DNA of 64,000 nt. Origin: Diplonema japonicum. Taxonomy: Eukaryota; Protista; Euglenozoa: Diplonemea. Shown here one piece after another: positions 47,901 through 56,751 of the stretch. The translations under genes and the position numbers were made by a program. The stretch is from positions 489,868 to 553,867 of the forward strand of contig OZ025690.1 of assembly GCA_964019335.1 (NCBI GenBank), in the 5' to 3' direction. Positions within the stretch are counted from its first letter, which is position 1. Every line of letters starts with the position of its first letter. The notes under the pieces are model-generated. The model did not search any database, had not been told where the DNA came from, and saw nothing but the letters and a program-made list of their open reading frames with translations.

Positions 47901-50900
47901 AGAAACCCAAACGGCGATGGTGTGCCTGGCACCACAAGTACAGAGATGCCGGTACCGAGGTCAGCTATGGTAGACGACATGTGCACTTGCAGTGTGACAG
48001 CAGGCACTCTAACCGATACTTGTACTTCGCTAGAGAGCGCTAGTTCGTTCAGCTGTGAATGGAGCTGCAACCGTAGTTTGCAGGGACTTAACCTGCTGCA
48101 CCCAATGTTGTTAAGAACACGCACAGACGTCCTCCAGACACCTGGTGCCAAGTACTCCGGTGCCGATCGCAACTCCACAAGCTTTGCCTCCATATCAGAG
48201 GGCAGTACCTCGAGCGTCTCACCTGTTGGATCAAGCAACATGTTGTTTGCAGTGCTGCTGTTGATGGTTGAAAATGTCCTCACACACTCCCACCACTGTA
48301 GCTCTTCAAGCGTGTCGCCATTTGCATCAGTCACCGAGAACAAGATAGAATAGGGCATCGCTGCTTCGATGTAAGAAATAGCAGCATCACGACTCCAGGT
48401 GTCAGCAGGTATCCTGTGCTCCCTCAGGCTGCCCATCCAACTGTCATGGGGCACAAGCCCTCTTATGTGCACCGCGACCGCCCTGGGCCTCTCGATGACG
48501 ATGCGCGATGCCCACTTGTTTGTCTCTAGTTGTATCTCGACACCTATCTCTAAGCCACGCACTTCATTATTCAAAACTGGAGTGAAGCTGAGGTTGTATT
48601 TGCCACCCACGTTCCATCCCACGCTGACAGCATTCTCTATGGCCGTAGTGAGATTTGTCCTATTGTACATCAGCAGCACTGATAGCTTTCCTAAAGGTGC
48701 AAGCTCAGGAACCTGGTTCCACAAAGCTTGGAATGTTAGCTTACAGTGCTTTCGATGCATGCAGTGATACACCGGGTCTACAGTGATACCGTTTGGAATG
48801 TGCGGTTGGACGTTTACCCACATGGGTGGGGAGGCCAGACGCAGGTTGCTGATGACAGTGCTGAACACGAAACCGCACCCAAAGGGCCCAGGGCAAGCTG
48901 ATAATATTTCGATTTCAAAAACAGCCCTCCCATCAACAAACTGCCTACAACGCTCACCCCCGATTACATAGGGAGGGTCATCTACCTCGAGGCACGACAG
49001 ATCCTTTGTTGAGGTAGCTGGTGTGCAAGTAGATAGATGCACTAGCCAACTGCCATAAGGAACCTGTACGCCCAAGCGGTGGAGCACAACCTCCACTGAC
49101 ACAAAGTTACCTAGCAATACACTCGAATAAGAGGCAAAGCCCGTAGGCCCTGTCGGCGGCGTGCTGCCCACTACCACAGAGTTGTTATAAAGGCTGAACC
49201 TCCCAGCGGTGTCTTCGAACTGGCTATTCTGAACTTCGATGCGTAAATCGTCAGCAGTCAGTCCTTCCTGATAGTATCTAGTGCCGGCTCCTGTCGATGT
49301 GTCATCACCGTTCAGCAGTTGATATACAGTCCCGTCCTGCAGTCTGGCGCAGACTAGGTATCTGCCGTAGCTATTCCTGTAGACTGGTGGCAGTGGTTGC
49401 TCGACAGACACCCAAGACGCACTGCTTATCGCAGGTGTCCAACTAGAAACCTCAGAGCACGTCACGTTGGCCACCCCAATAGCCTCAACAGAAGGGTCGG
49501 AAACAAGCAGCCTTGAAGCATCGACTCTCACGAAGAATCTATGCGCAGAGGATTCCACAGCTAGGTAAGACGAGCCAGCTGGGCCGGTGACTGCTGCCCA
49601 GCCATTGCCCACTCTTACACAGACATAAAACCGCCCAGCAGCTCCCGGCATTTGAAGGATCACATTATTTCCATCGAAGGTAGGCTCGACGCCCAATACA
49701 GGAGTGCCAAGGCAGTAGTCAGGAGAGTGAACCACAAGCCTCATCTCCAAGTTGTCTATAGGTGAGTGATTGGTGAACACGAACCCCACCTGCGGCCCGT
49801 TAGATGTGTAGTAGAGTGACGACAGCCCTGCGTACGTAGTATTCGCGTAGAGCTTTGTGAGCTGTGGATGCAGAAGCCAACTGGACACTGGGGACGACTG
49901 CGTCCTCAGCACGCCTGACGTCGATCGCACTTCGATCCATTGTCGCTTAGCTGGTAGCTCTGGAACAATTGCAAAGATACATATCTTGTACACTTGCTGG
50001 CTGTTCGTCGGTGTGAGTGGAAGTGTCACCACCGCAAACGCCTGATGGACTGGACCGTCCCCAGGGCCCAGGTCCCGAACGTCGATGCCCTCCGTGTTGC
50101 AGGGTTTGTTGTGTGCCTGCAAACGCACCATGTCGCCTGCAGGGTGGGGGCTAGTCTGAACAGGGAAGGAGGGGCTTGTGATGCTGACAATAATAGTCTC
50201 GCTGTTTAGAGGATTGAGTGAGCTACTTGACCATTGGATGGCGCTGTCAAAAACCGAATAAGGCCCCAGTCTGTGCCAAGTGTGTGCATCTAACAAATAG
50301 CAGAGCCAATAACAACCAATGGTATCCGACGCCGTAACGCTGAATCTGAGAACTCCAGCATCTTCGGTGTATTCTTCGGTGCTGGCACCATAGGGCGAGG
50401 CCTCCGTGCCCGATGGAGGCGAGGCACACAATGCCGCGGCCTCGCACGGCACAAGTCTAGCAGAAAAGTCATTAGTGGTGCGTGTGTACCTCTCAACTTT
50501 GAACTCCTGTACCAGCCCACTTCTGACAAGTGACCGCTCGGGTGACACACCGGGGCGTTGATACTTCTGTGTCAACCATGTGACATTTGCGATAATCCAG
50601 TTGTTTGACCAGTGCTGCCGGAGGCATATCTTGTAGCTACCTTCGCGTGGCACAGTAATGTATGTACCAGTCTGCTTCAGGCCTGTCACTGCAGTAGATG
50701 TCGTATCAAGTAACTTAAACACTGAAGGTGTGTAGTAGGGGGCGTGTTGCATGTGGCGCAAGTCGAAGACAATAGAATGTTCCAGGCTTGATGCAGCCTC
50801 GCAGTGTCCTTCGGATGGTACCACCTTGAAGACATCCATCGTGGACAGGCTGCTGTCAGCATCGTGCACCTCAGCCAAGGTGTCCAATCCAGACCTGTCG

Positions 50901-53900
50901 TCTAGTAGTTGTACATCGATCTGTGGAAGGTCTTCTGTCAGTAAGAGATATGCCGATGCTAGCCAGTTGTACTCACCTGTCTTGTAGCACACTTTGTAGC
51001 GCCCCTGTTGCAGTGGTATTGATATGAACAATGGTTTACCAAAATCCGAAGGTTGTACTGCAAACGAGGGTGGTAAATTGGCAAGGTTGCTGCTTTGCGA
51101 TCCTTCTTCCCAGTAGTACAGATTGGAGTAATCACATGGCTTATGTTCGCCTACTAACCGTGCCACAGGGCTGACTGGAGGCCGCGACGTGTCATTGAAA
51201 TGCCTGACCCATATAGGACCCCACGTCCCCTGTCTCGTGTCATTCATAAACCACTCCAACGGGCCAGGCTCAGGCGAGTAGAAGGGGCCAGCTACAAGTG
51301 GTTGTGGCGGCGCTGCAAGCGGCAGGAGGGCGCTCCAACTGTCTGTACTATCCCACGGGAGCACCCGCCACCCTTCCCCGGTCTGCCGCCGTCTGTAGCA
51401 AATAAACCTGCTACTAAGCTTCGTTCCCGTATACACCACAGAGTACGTAGTGCTCACGTCATCTTTATCGTTCTCGCTCTCCACCCCAGGGGGCGCAATA
51501 AGATCCCGTGACCTACTTGGAAATTCATAACCATTTTCTGCATATTGTTCGCCTTGCAGCCAACACCCGAGATTTGGGGGCTGTTCAGCAGTCTCCCGAA
51601 AATACGATATGTCAACTAACCGCAGAGCATCACCGGTTGTTTCCCAATGATTCTCGACCGTGTTGTTGTTTGGCACTCTGCTGAGGTGCGGCCCTCGTAT
51701 CTGCATGAGCCCCCAGCTCTCGGCAGTAATGTCTTTCATTGACCACGCCATTGTCTCTTCCTTTACTATGAGCTCGGGAAGGGTCCCGTGACCCAGGTAC
51801 TCAGTGAGAGGGCCCTGTGGTGCACCGTCAGAGCAGCCCTTTACACAGTTCCAAAGTTTTCTCCACATTGGACGAGATTTGAGGGTCTCGTTTCCAGCGG
51901 CAGACTTTAAAACCGCTCTGTGTTCATAAGCTGAAAAACAGACTTCGTAAGCACCGGCCACTTGAGGCAGCCTCACGAAGGCATGTGTGTATGGCATGTC
52001 ATTGACAAGACTGGGCACGTTGTCCAACAAGGGGTGCTGCGTCTCCGTCCCGAAAAGACCAACACCGCCAGGCGTGGCTTTGGACACAATGGTGCCGTAG
52101 GCAGCAGGCAGCCATTCACCGAATGCTGTAACTAGCTCGGAGCCTGGGAAAGGAGCACTCATGAATGACGTTGCCTCGTCGCTACAGGCATCGCCCCTGG
52201 CCACTATCTTGATATTGTCGCCTGTGGCACAAGCACCGTACGAAAGCTGGCCACATGCAGACCCACTGAGCGTGAAGTTCCATGTCGTGTCAATGGAGTG
52301 AACACGAAGCACCGCGTACTGGCCGACCGTCGGGTGGGATAATTCGTACCAGATTTTTGCCTTTTTTGACTTCCAAACATATGAATGAAAAGGTGGCTGT
52401 GCCTCAGACAGCGAGTAGCCTTGTGCTGTGAAAAGGAGCCACTTTGCAGAGTCTTCGAAAGACACATAGTGCGGTTTGTGTCTGAAGCAAACGATCCACT
52501 TCAGCATGTGGTGAGGTGCCGCGAACACTGTGTGCGCAGACAGGATGAACATGTTGCCATCTGTCAGGTCGCTGGTGCCGAGACCAAATTTATTTGTTGA
52601 GAAGAATGCCTGTCGTGTGCGTACATACAGTTCGCACTTGTGTCTGTACTGTGGGTGCCACGTGAAGACCTTGAACTCTATTTCGTTTCCAAGTTCGTTG
52701 TTTGTAGCGTTGAACAGCTCATGTTCGACGCCAGTTACTGCAGTGCGCAACTGGAGCCTCACCTCCTGACCCTCCTCCATGCTGAGGGGCCACAAGGTTG
52801 TTGTGTAATTATCGAACTTCACTATGCTCCTCGTCTCGGTAAGGGAATGGCTGTGGGTTTCTGAGTACGTGGCACTGTGTGTCTTCGAGAGGGTGTGTGA
52901 TAAACTACTTGTCATGGTGCTTGACTCAGTATGAGAAACCGTTGATGATTCAGAAAACGTAAGGGACTGGGTGTGTGAAAAAGTATACGACAGTGAACGC
53001 GACAAGGTGAGGGACTCGGACATTGACTGTGTTAATGACACCGTCGCAGTGGGCAGTGACAACGATGCAGTGTGGGTAAAGGTGGCCGACTCGGTGAAGG
53101 TGCTGCTCTGCGAGTAGGTGTGCGAGAGTGTGAAGGAAGGGGTCAAAGACAGCGTGGAGGTAAGTGTAGGGAGAGACATTGTAAATGTTGCAGAGGCGGT
53201 CTCAGACAAGGTGCGCAACGACACACTCAGCGTGTCGGATCCTGTAGGAGTACTGGTAATGGTGGCCGACAGTGTGAAGAGAGACGCAGAGATTGAGTTG
53301 CTGAAGGATAAAGTGCTTGTAGCAGAGGCTGTGATCAGCGATATGGAGCTTGTATCAGTCGACGAAACCGTTCCTGTGCCTGTGGGAAGACTCACAGTGG
53401 AACTTAACGTGGGCAGTGTGAAAGTGGACGATGCTGTAGGGGTTTCTGTTCCTGTGTATGTTGCAGTGAGGGATATAGTCATGGTTGGCACGCTCACCGA
53501 GGCGGTCCCCGAAGGGAGGGAAAACGTCTGTGACCGGGTCAGTGAAGGCAATGTGAAGCTTGCAGATCGTGTCTCTAAAGATGCCGAGACAGTTGCTGTA
53601 GGGAAAGAGAGCGACGTTGTCCCCGTTGGGATCGACATTGACACTGTGGAGGAAGGAACGGTAACTGACGATGTTGCTGTGAGAGAGGTGCTGAATGTCT
53701 CGGATAAGGAGTAGGTGGGTGTCAGTGACAGAGAAAAACTAAAAGAGCCAGAGTAAGTGGAGGTGGCGGACACAGTGGACGTAGGCAGTGAAATTGACAC
53801 ACTAGCTGTGGGGACGGTCAAGGTCTTAGTCTCTGTCGCAGAGCACAAGGTGGCGGTGTACGTACTAGTCAGTAACGATATGGAAATAGAGGCTGTGGGC

Positions 53901-54211
53901 ACAGACAGCGTGGTGGAAGCGGTCGGTGCAGTGATTGAAGCGGACCATGACTGTGTTTCAGTTAAAGTAGGCAGTGTCACACTGCTGGAGACACTATCTG
54001 TCGGCAATGTTGCGGAAATGGTCTCTGTCGGCAGTGAGAACGACGCCGTCATGGTGGCGAGACTCACTGTGAGCGTCTCAGTGTTCGTGCCCAGCGTAGT
54101 CGTCAACGTCTCTGTCCCCGTTTCAATTGTCGCTGTAACTGTTTCTGTGAGGGTCACGGTCCGCGTAACTCCCAATAGACATATATGCCAAGCTGTCCAC
54201 CAGACGATCAT
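41948..54211 (-). CDS. ~4,087-aa cell-surface glycoprotein: signal peptide, ~440-aa Ser/Thr-rich region, repeated beta domains and a GPI-like C-terminus
   Basis: Single long ORF with first ATG at 54211 (MIVWWTAWHICLLG). The T/S-rich block spans ~54150-52830. G-x-Y-x-(V/I/L)-C..W motifs recur. It ends SSAAGVFPSWWLLIVLFTLSS with no cytosolic tail. Confidence 0.88.
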   Translation of the reverse strand: MIVWWTAWHICLLGVTRTVTLTETVTATIETGTETLTTTLGTNTETLTVSLATMTASFSLPTETISATLPTDSVSSSVTLPTLTETQSWSASITAPTASTTLSVPTASISISLLTSTYTATLCSATETKTLTVPTASVSISLPTSTVSATSTYSGSFSFSLSLTPTYSLSETFSTSLTATSSVTVPSSTVSMSIPTGTTSLSFPTATVSASLETRSASFTLPSLTRSQTFSLPSGTASVSVPTMTISLTATYTGTETPTASSTFTLPTLSSTVSLPTGTGTVSSTDTSSISLITASATSTLSFSNSISASLFTLSATITSTPTGSDTLSVSLRTLSETASATFTMSLPTLTSTLSLTPSFTLSHTYSQSSTFTESATFTHTASLSLPTATVSLTQSMSESLTLSRSLSYTFSHTQSLTFSESSTVSHTESSTMTSSLSHTLSKTHSATYSETHSHSLTETRSIVKFDNYTTTLWPLSMEEGQEVRLQLRTAVTGVEHELFNATNNELGNEIEFKVFTWHPQYRHKCELYVRTRQAFFSTNKFGLGTSDLTDGNMFILSAHTVFAAPHHMLKWIVCFRHKPHYVSFEDSAKWLLFTAQGYSLSEAQPPFHSYVWKSKKAKIWYELSHPTVGQYAVLRVHSIDTTWNFTLSGSACGQLSYGACATGDNIKIVARGDACSDEATSFMSAPFPGSELVTAFGEWLPAAYGTIVSKATPGGVGLFGTETQHPLLDNVPSLVNDMPYTHAFVRLPQVAGAYEVCFSAYEHRAVLKSAAGNETLKSRPMWRKLWNCVKGCSDGAPQGPLTEYLGHGTLPELIVKEETMAWSMKDITAESWGLMQIRGPHLSRVPNNNTVENHWETTGDALRLVDISYFRETAEQPPNLGCWLQGEQYAENGYEFPSRSRDLIAPPGVESENDKDDVSTTYSVVYTGTKLSSRFICYRRRQTGEGWRVLPWDSTDSWSALLPLAAPPQPLVAGPFYSPEPGPLEWFMNDTRQGTWGPIWVRHFNDTSRPPVSPVARLVGEHKPCDYSNLYYWEEGSQSSNLANLPPSFAVQPSDFGKPLFISIPLQQGRYKVCYKTGEYNWLASAYLLLTEDLPQIDVQLLDDRSGLDTLAEVHDADSSLSTMDVFKVVPSEGHCEAASSLEHSIVFDLRHMQHAPYYTPSVFKLLDTTSTAVTGLKQTGTYITVPREGSYKICLRQHWSNNWIIANVTWLTQKYQRPGVSPERSLVRSGLVQEFKVERYTRTTNDFSARLVPCEAAALCASPPSGTEASPYGASTEEYTEDAGVLRFSVTASDTIGCYWLCYLLDAHTWHRLGPYSVFDSAIQWSSSSLNPLNSETIIVSITSPSFPVQTSPHPAGDMVRLQAHNKPCNTEGIDVRDLGPGDGPVHQAFAVVTLPLTPTNSQQVYKICIFAIVPELPAKRQWIEVRSTSGVLRTQSSPVSSWLLHPQLTKLYANTTYAGLSSLYYTSNGPQVGFVFTNHSPIDNLEMRLVVHSPDYCLGTPVLGVEPTFDGNNVILQMPGAAGRFYVCVRVGNGWAAVTGPAGSSYLAVESSAHRFFVRVDASRLLVSDPSVEAIGVANVTCSEVSSWTPAISSASWVSVEQPLPPVYRNSYGRYLVCARLQDGTVYQLLNGDDTSTGAGTRYYQEGLTADDLRIEVQNSQFEDTAGRFSLYNNSVVVGSTPPTGPTGFASYSSVLLGNFVSVEVVLHRLGVQVPYGSWLVHLSTCTPATSTKDLSCLEVDDPPYVIGGERCRQFVDGRAVFEIEILSACPGPFGCGFVFSTVISNLRLASPPMWVNVQPHIPNGITVDPVYHCMHRKHCKLTFQALWNQVPELAPLGKLSVLLMYNRTNLTTAIENAVSVGWNVGGKYNLSFTPVLNNEVRGLEIGVEIQLETNKWASRIVIERPRAVAVHIRGLVPHDSWMGSLREHRIPADTWSRDAAISYIEAAMPYSILFSVTDANGDTLEELQWWECVRTFSTINSSTANNMLLDPTGETLEVLPSDMEAKLVELRSAPEYLAPGVWRTSVRVLNNIGCSRLSPCKLRLQLHSQLNELALSSEVQVSVRVPAVTLQVHMSSTIADLGTGISVLVVPGTPSPFGFLNDEYHTGSLFAWLSAPRPIAADGTTRDGTALTPSSQGKECSYMNGTWGTSWILATTLPCIKCEVTFHSTAGIGPDPEEGGSTAMHGILPFTLYSDVTDIQCPGALQVPFFNDMSEPFDVLVVAINEFLGRVSWPSWSVVLDASGVSAVLVGPRAADMVRGSAAFDSLVLQGTFHDGQTFAITFITHMVHYDSKASGTITTHTTRKECEVLLVMTQIYNKPLPALRLLVGGASCPEEGCAVTATTSTYFETVLDLSVEREAHSGWTRDFDDYNLTVGIPTSGAQPELAETWICTTVPKKCMSSALLLHSSVPNMTFTTEAGATETLTYGSPTLRFSSLYTGANSVLIHNGTGKIRLETQVEGVYLSPVANTTFSICLLAAPSVVEADNRLLAILICQKIILTLVSHFTPPYEVRLYKNYQHSGTFVPGVGSNCGPPATVLSYRVVRAYRWMRGPLFVGAYTQSAFEFTSTANQILVAADNYTTYGTSITFPMQESSTTVSFYGLHELDAAIVASQDGSTSTTSVMHSWRMKEGTAVSVVLQNVDTDDSCYWAHKKLKLLNGYFQNATNPGAGWAMEMGLIVGVPFPVQVRVITATGYRAYSHPSSLVKITLDSGATCTDQGFTVQVLETSGVLTGREIFTTNGQATVWITLKTPCTACRISATVCYAGASLSTCLSAPSSEPPVMSLRKAVSPSFRTIEPQHIGFGVSRQKLPPLEHSVGMSIEIDVMYALLQPGGWVADTTHGPYPTLSISHRWVGTTLEELKYGNGGFLNQGARTCGVAVEKKLHLSWLFGTAAGPHTSFSVSFTRPCSACVLVISNGKEHVDVLVGPQGAQAVFKVITCPQAWLISQPFTAVRRRRPFALSLLRVDAQNIPTWRGEHEVSVTVAKKVGNGEGGDVYLEHRRSDMKSFDGVAIVRITFSRACWECVLECGFQENIVTVATTPDYFIVTELEYAPAEHIHVNASMTLMYSGYIGDELGDKAVTAGGPSLLYWQKKMNRRPVVPEVLGLSAIQHSVVTSTQYNAEGATSVTVADAGASNDISRVTVVDGVLSTKANVTLYGGPVKGYVPSFDLNGRSIKIKQRGSVLEPIAWLVPPSMMISAAGGTLHVLSGSSSKITIQLVGGNGNALGHVFTAVRETVDASLVSVVYDCSKCPLCTTTGSASPFPLDRLGVASVDVRIVGTGSCIAKFSPASQAFSHVSSVHVEIHVTSPPVAKWYWVSSADFRVVGGNRSSVEAIATTEVQHTLLLRAFGGNSLLSVHPYSTADVSLVALQLSPVGCFDISNRIVTGSGFRFTGTFQEGRCLINDVTGLPSGTSVVQSLEISAENVATLSVEQQRGYSGILYNVSGLMVPMGMGRVAAVSGDKLTVKVQTLTSSGAVAVGDMHTTVHLSLRRSNATGTAWHNISTSIMQGRAEAAFVLQYSTRDVVCCSENCEQCTRCCTTRGPHTPWEMALHAERGGKVLNTVHLGFLFIVTGQTRVAVSGRPSGNEDWDDINGDFTILSGYHLDFRLTVFGVAGVVPSSEYDVSTALVLTPHTEPCGRAHAFHAACLTTTQICVFEAPPSCSDALAWSLSSHRLSLLRGSAYIYNVSVFGSGLVPFSVVSDTGHVFYDGGVKVRSIRYFRQADGSNCVAASGGYFCSLQEGVFYQVNRVPATPFYDVIQHFRRVRKETPFNMSLEVWAEDSILKELEGALVLTATCVMGGDGFEVVDTEGPIGKKVLDDGVAQWTEVMFRGYCAQVEMKITCEGDTADLGNMFNGKTIHFPPFECGALSQSIPSTSVPGTPAPQSWVSDPTVQIVVSSINLLSGAQFEGVWEKDLNNSLKENITVVLDWVCEVPVTMVKNRALGSALISPAMKINTTLCMLQTSFTRRVGRIQEACLANCTMLFEFRVRGASSVITLFESVTLLLDDPSSSFRTVYGITAQIEFFYLQPEATPTPIKGTPIMAPIAGAAPGYNDTSPISSAAGVFPSWWLLIVLFTLSS

Positions 54212-54366
54212 CGCGGGCAATCATATTTATGATTGGCATGTCATTCCTGTGTGTGGTGAGGACTACGGGATGTGTGCCGAATGCAAAGATGCCACAGTCA
54301 CAGCTGTATGCAAAGAAATACACTGTTAAGTTAACTGGTTGCACTTGTTACCAATCACCATAAGGT

Positions 54367-55553
54367 TCAGTCAGCAGGGGTCCCACGGTCGTGTTCTTTT
54401 TTCTTTGTGCTGCACAATTGCAAGTAATCATCGTATCTGTGTGCAGTTTAGTGTGACTGTAGCCATACCCCATGGATGCAATGTCCACGTCGTCCTTGCT
54501 GTGCATATTGGCGGGAGTAGAGGTGGAGGCGAAGGAAGAGGGTGCTTCTTGAATGAGCTTGCATATTGCCGCCCCGTCTTGTGGCGACAAGGAGTGTCCA
54601 TCGGGCATCGATGCAGCTTGGACGGAGGGGAGCCTTGCGAAGTCAACCATACCCACACCTTTCCACTGCACGCCGATAATATGTTCCCACGACAGCGGAA
54701 GGCTGGGCGGCAGGTGCGAGAACGATGACCGCACAGCTGCCTGTGAAGAGAGTTCGGCGTACCCAGAGTAGTGGTTACGGCCTCGAACAGAGAATATTAT
54801 CACCACTTTCGGACTGGTGGTGAACAGTTGGTTTATCCGTGTCACAAGTGGCTGGTCAACATGCCATACCTCGTGCTCCACAGACTGCGTTAGGTCGTCG
54901 TGTGCCGACGCCTTCAGGAGTATGTATGTTACATTGCTCTGTCCTGCTTGGTCTTTCTGTACTAACTCTAATAACTGGTCTCTCAGATTAGTCAGCACGT
55001 CAGGCTCCTGAGACTGGAGCATCTGAACAACCTCCATAAGCCCACCCATGTCTTGCCCTTGTTGGCCTTGCTGGCCTTGTCCCACACGGCTATGAGGGGC
55101 ATCGTAGTACACCTGCAATTTAAAGACACCATCGATGGGAGGGAGATGCATGGCGTGAGCCACAACGTTCTCTGTATCGCCATTTCTATGGAACGACAGC
55201 AGCGCCTTCCCTGGCATAACTATTTCGCATTCTTGTACTGATCCAAACTGCGTGAAGTACGACCCTGTGTCAGAGGTCGTCCAATGTGGGGGGAGCCCTG
55301 TGATGACTATTTTGCGGCGATGTGGCTGCGTATTTTGGTTGTATCCCTGCTTGAAATCACCGCCGTTCGCTAAATATGCTTCAACAGCTTTGGGGTCATG
55401 GCTAAACCGGCAGGCATCGCCATAGTTACACTTCTGCCGTGCAAAGTGCCGGCAGACCTGTTGATATTGCTGGTGGTGGTGGTGTTGGTGGTGGTGGTGG
55501 TGGTGGTGTCCCTTGTACTGAACATTCCCTTCATTTCTAGTATTCTCATCCAT
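54367..55553 (-). CDS. CCCH zinc finger + RRM + YTH-like domain protein; exons 55553-54469 and 54436-54367
   Basis: His/Gln tract, then CRHFARQKCNYGDACRFSH. RRM: IVITGLP..YFTQFGSVQEC..ALLSF. YTH-like: YILLKA..SVEHEVW..VVIIFSVRGRNHYSGYAEL..GVQW..DGHSLSPQDGAAICKLI. The spliced tail reads DIASMGYDDYLQ. Confidence 0.85.
54437..54468 (-). other. 32-nt intron near the YTH gene 3' end
   Basis: GTATGGCTACAGTCACACTAAACTGCACACAG. Removal yields SMG-YDDYLQLCSTKKKEHDRGTPAD-stop. Confidence 0.8.
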
Positions 55554-55799
55554 TTTTAATTGTCCCTGAATGTAGTTTATGCAACAAATAAAGTTTAAAG
55601 AAAAGAAGAACAAGAAAAACATGGAAGAAAGGCGGTTTATGACAATTGTTCAACAGAAAATTGTGCAAATTCGCCAGTACCACTCCTTCTAATAACACAT
55701 GCGTGTGTTCTGGTTCACGAAGAATAAGAGCATCATGTCTTGGGTTGTTGAGAGAATTGTGCAACAAGGGTAGCATTACAATGTATCAAGCCATAAGGC

Positions 55800-56515
55800 T
55801 TCTCGTACATGGATGATGTCTCGTATCTTATCATCTCCTGTACCGCCACAGCCTTGCGATTTTCAGGAGGTCTTGGATAGGTGTCGTAGGAAGGCAGCCT
55901 GTTATGATGCATGCTGCTGTGTTGTGTGCTACTTCAAGCGTTGCGATGTCTCTGGCTGTCAGGGTGGGTCCATACACTCCAAGGGCGTATCTCACCACAG
56001 GTAAGACATAGGTGAGGTAGACGGTGCGGAGGGTTGATGCCTTGCACCCCCACTTGGTACCTGCAAGTGCCTTCGTGACTGCTGTGTCGCCGGAAGCGAT
56101 TGATCATGAATACAGAAGTTCATCTTCTCATCGAATTTCACCCCAAGGAACACTGGCTCTTCTTGGTACGTTACCGGTGTTTGCTGCCCTGCCGCATCCT
56201 TGCGGTACACGACTGGTCTGCGTTCTGTCTTTTTGTTTGGCCCTGATGCCATCATGCATGTCTTCATCTTTGACAGATTCAGGACCCACATTTCTGACCA
56301 CCTGCCCACCATGTCCAGCACTTCTTGCGCTTGTGCCTCCGCTTCTTCCATACTGTTTCCACTTGCCACCACAGCCATGTCATCTGCAAACAGTGATGTG
56401 ATCACTCCAGTGTCCACACCCGCTTTGTGCAATCTTGTTGCAATGTCATCCACATAGCAGATAAAAAGCAGTGGGGAGAGGACCGTCCCTTGTGGAACTC
56501 TCTCTTCTTTTTTCA
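55800..56515 (-). pseudogene. Truncated, frameshifted non-LTR retrotransposon reverse transcriptase (ingi-like)
   Basis: VPQGTVLSPLLFICYVDD, LFADD and FLGVKFD. After a frameshift comes KWGCKASTLRTVYLTYV..RYALGVYGP. The upstream RT motifs are absent. Confidence 0.88.
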
Positions 56516-56751
56516 TAGATCGATAGGATTTCAGTGTGCATGGGGGTGCTGTTAGTAAAAAAAATAATTCTTTATGACTATATGTCTTTGTTGTTCGCTT
56601 TTTATTTTTAAAAAGCTGCGAAAATTTTTTGCTCGGCACAAGTTGCATATAGTTATAAAATCATTTTTTGAAAGATAAATATTTGTAACAAAAAAAAAAA
56701 GAAAAAAACCTTATCTTCTTTTTCAGGTGGTGGGGATAACATGAAAAAATA

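Noticed and set aside
1-55553. Alternative genetic code or programmed frameshifting to explain broken ORF ends
   Set aside because: Every break is repaired by a canonical GT-AG intron, and the long ORFs translate cleanly with the standard code.
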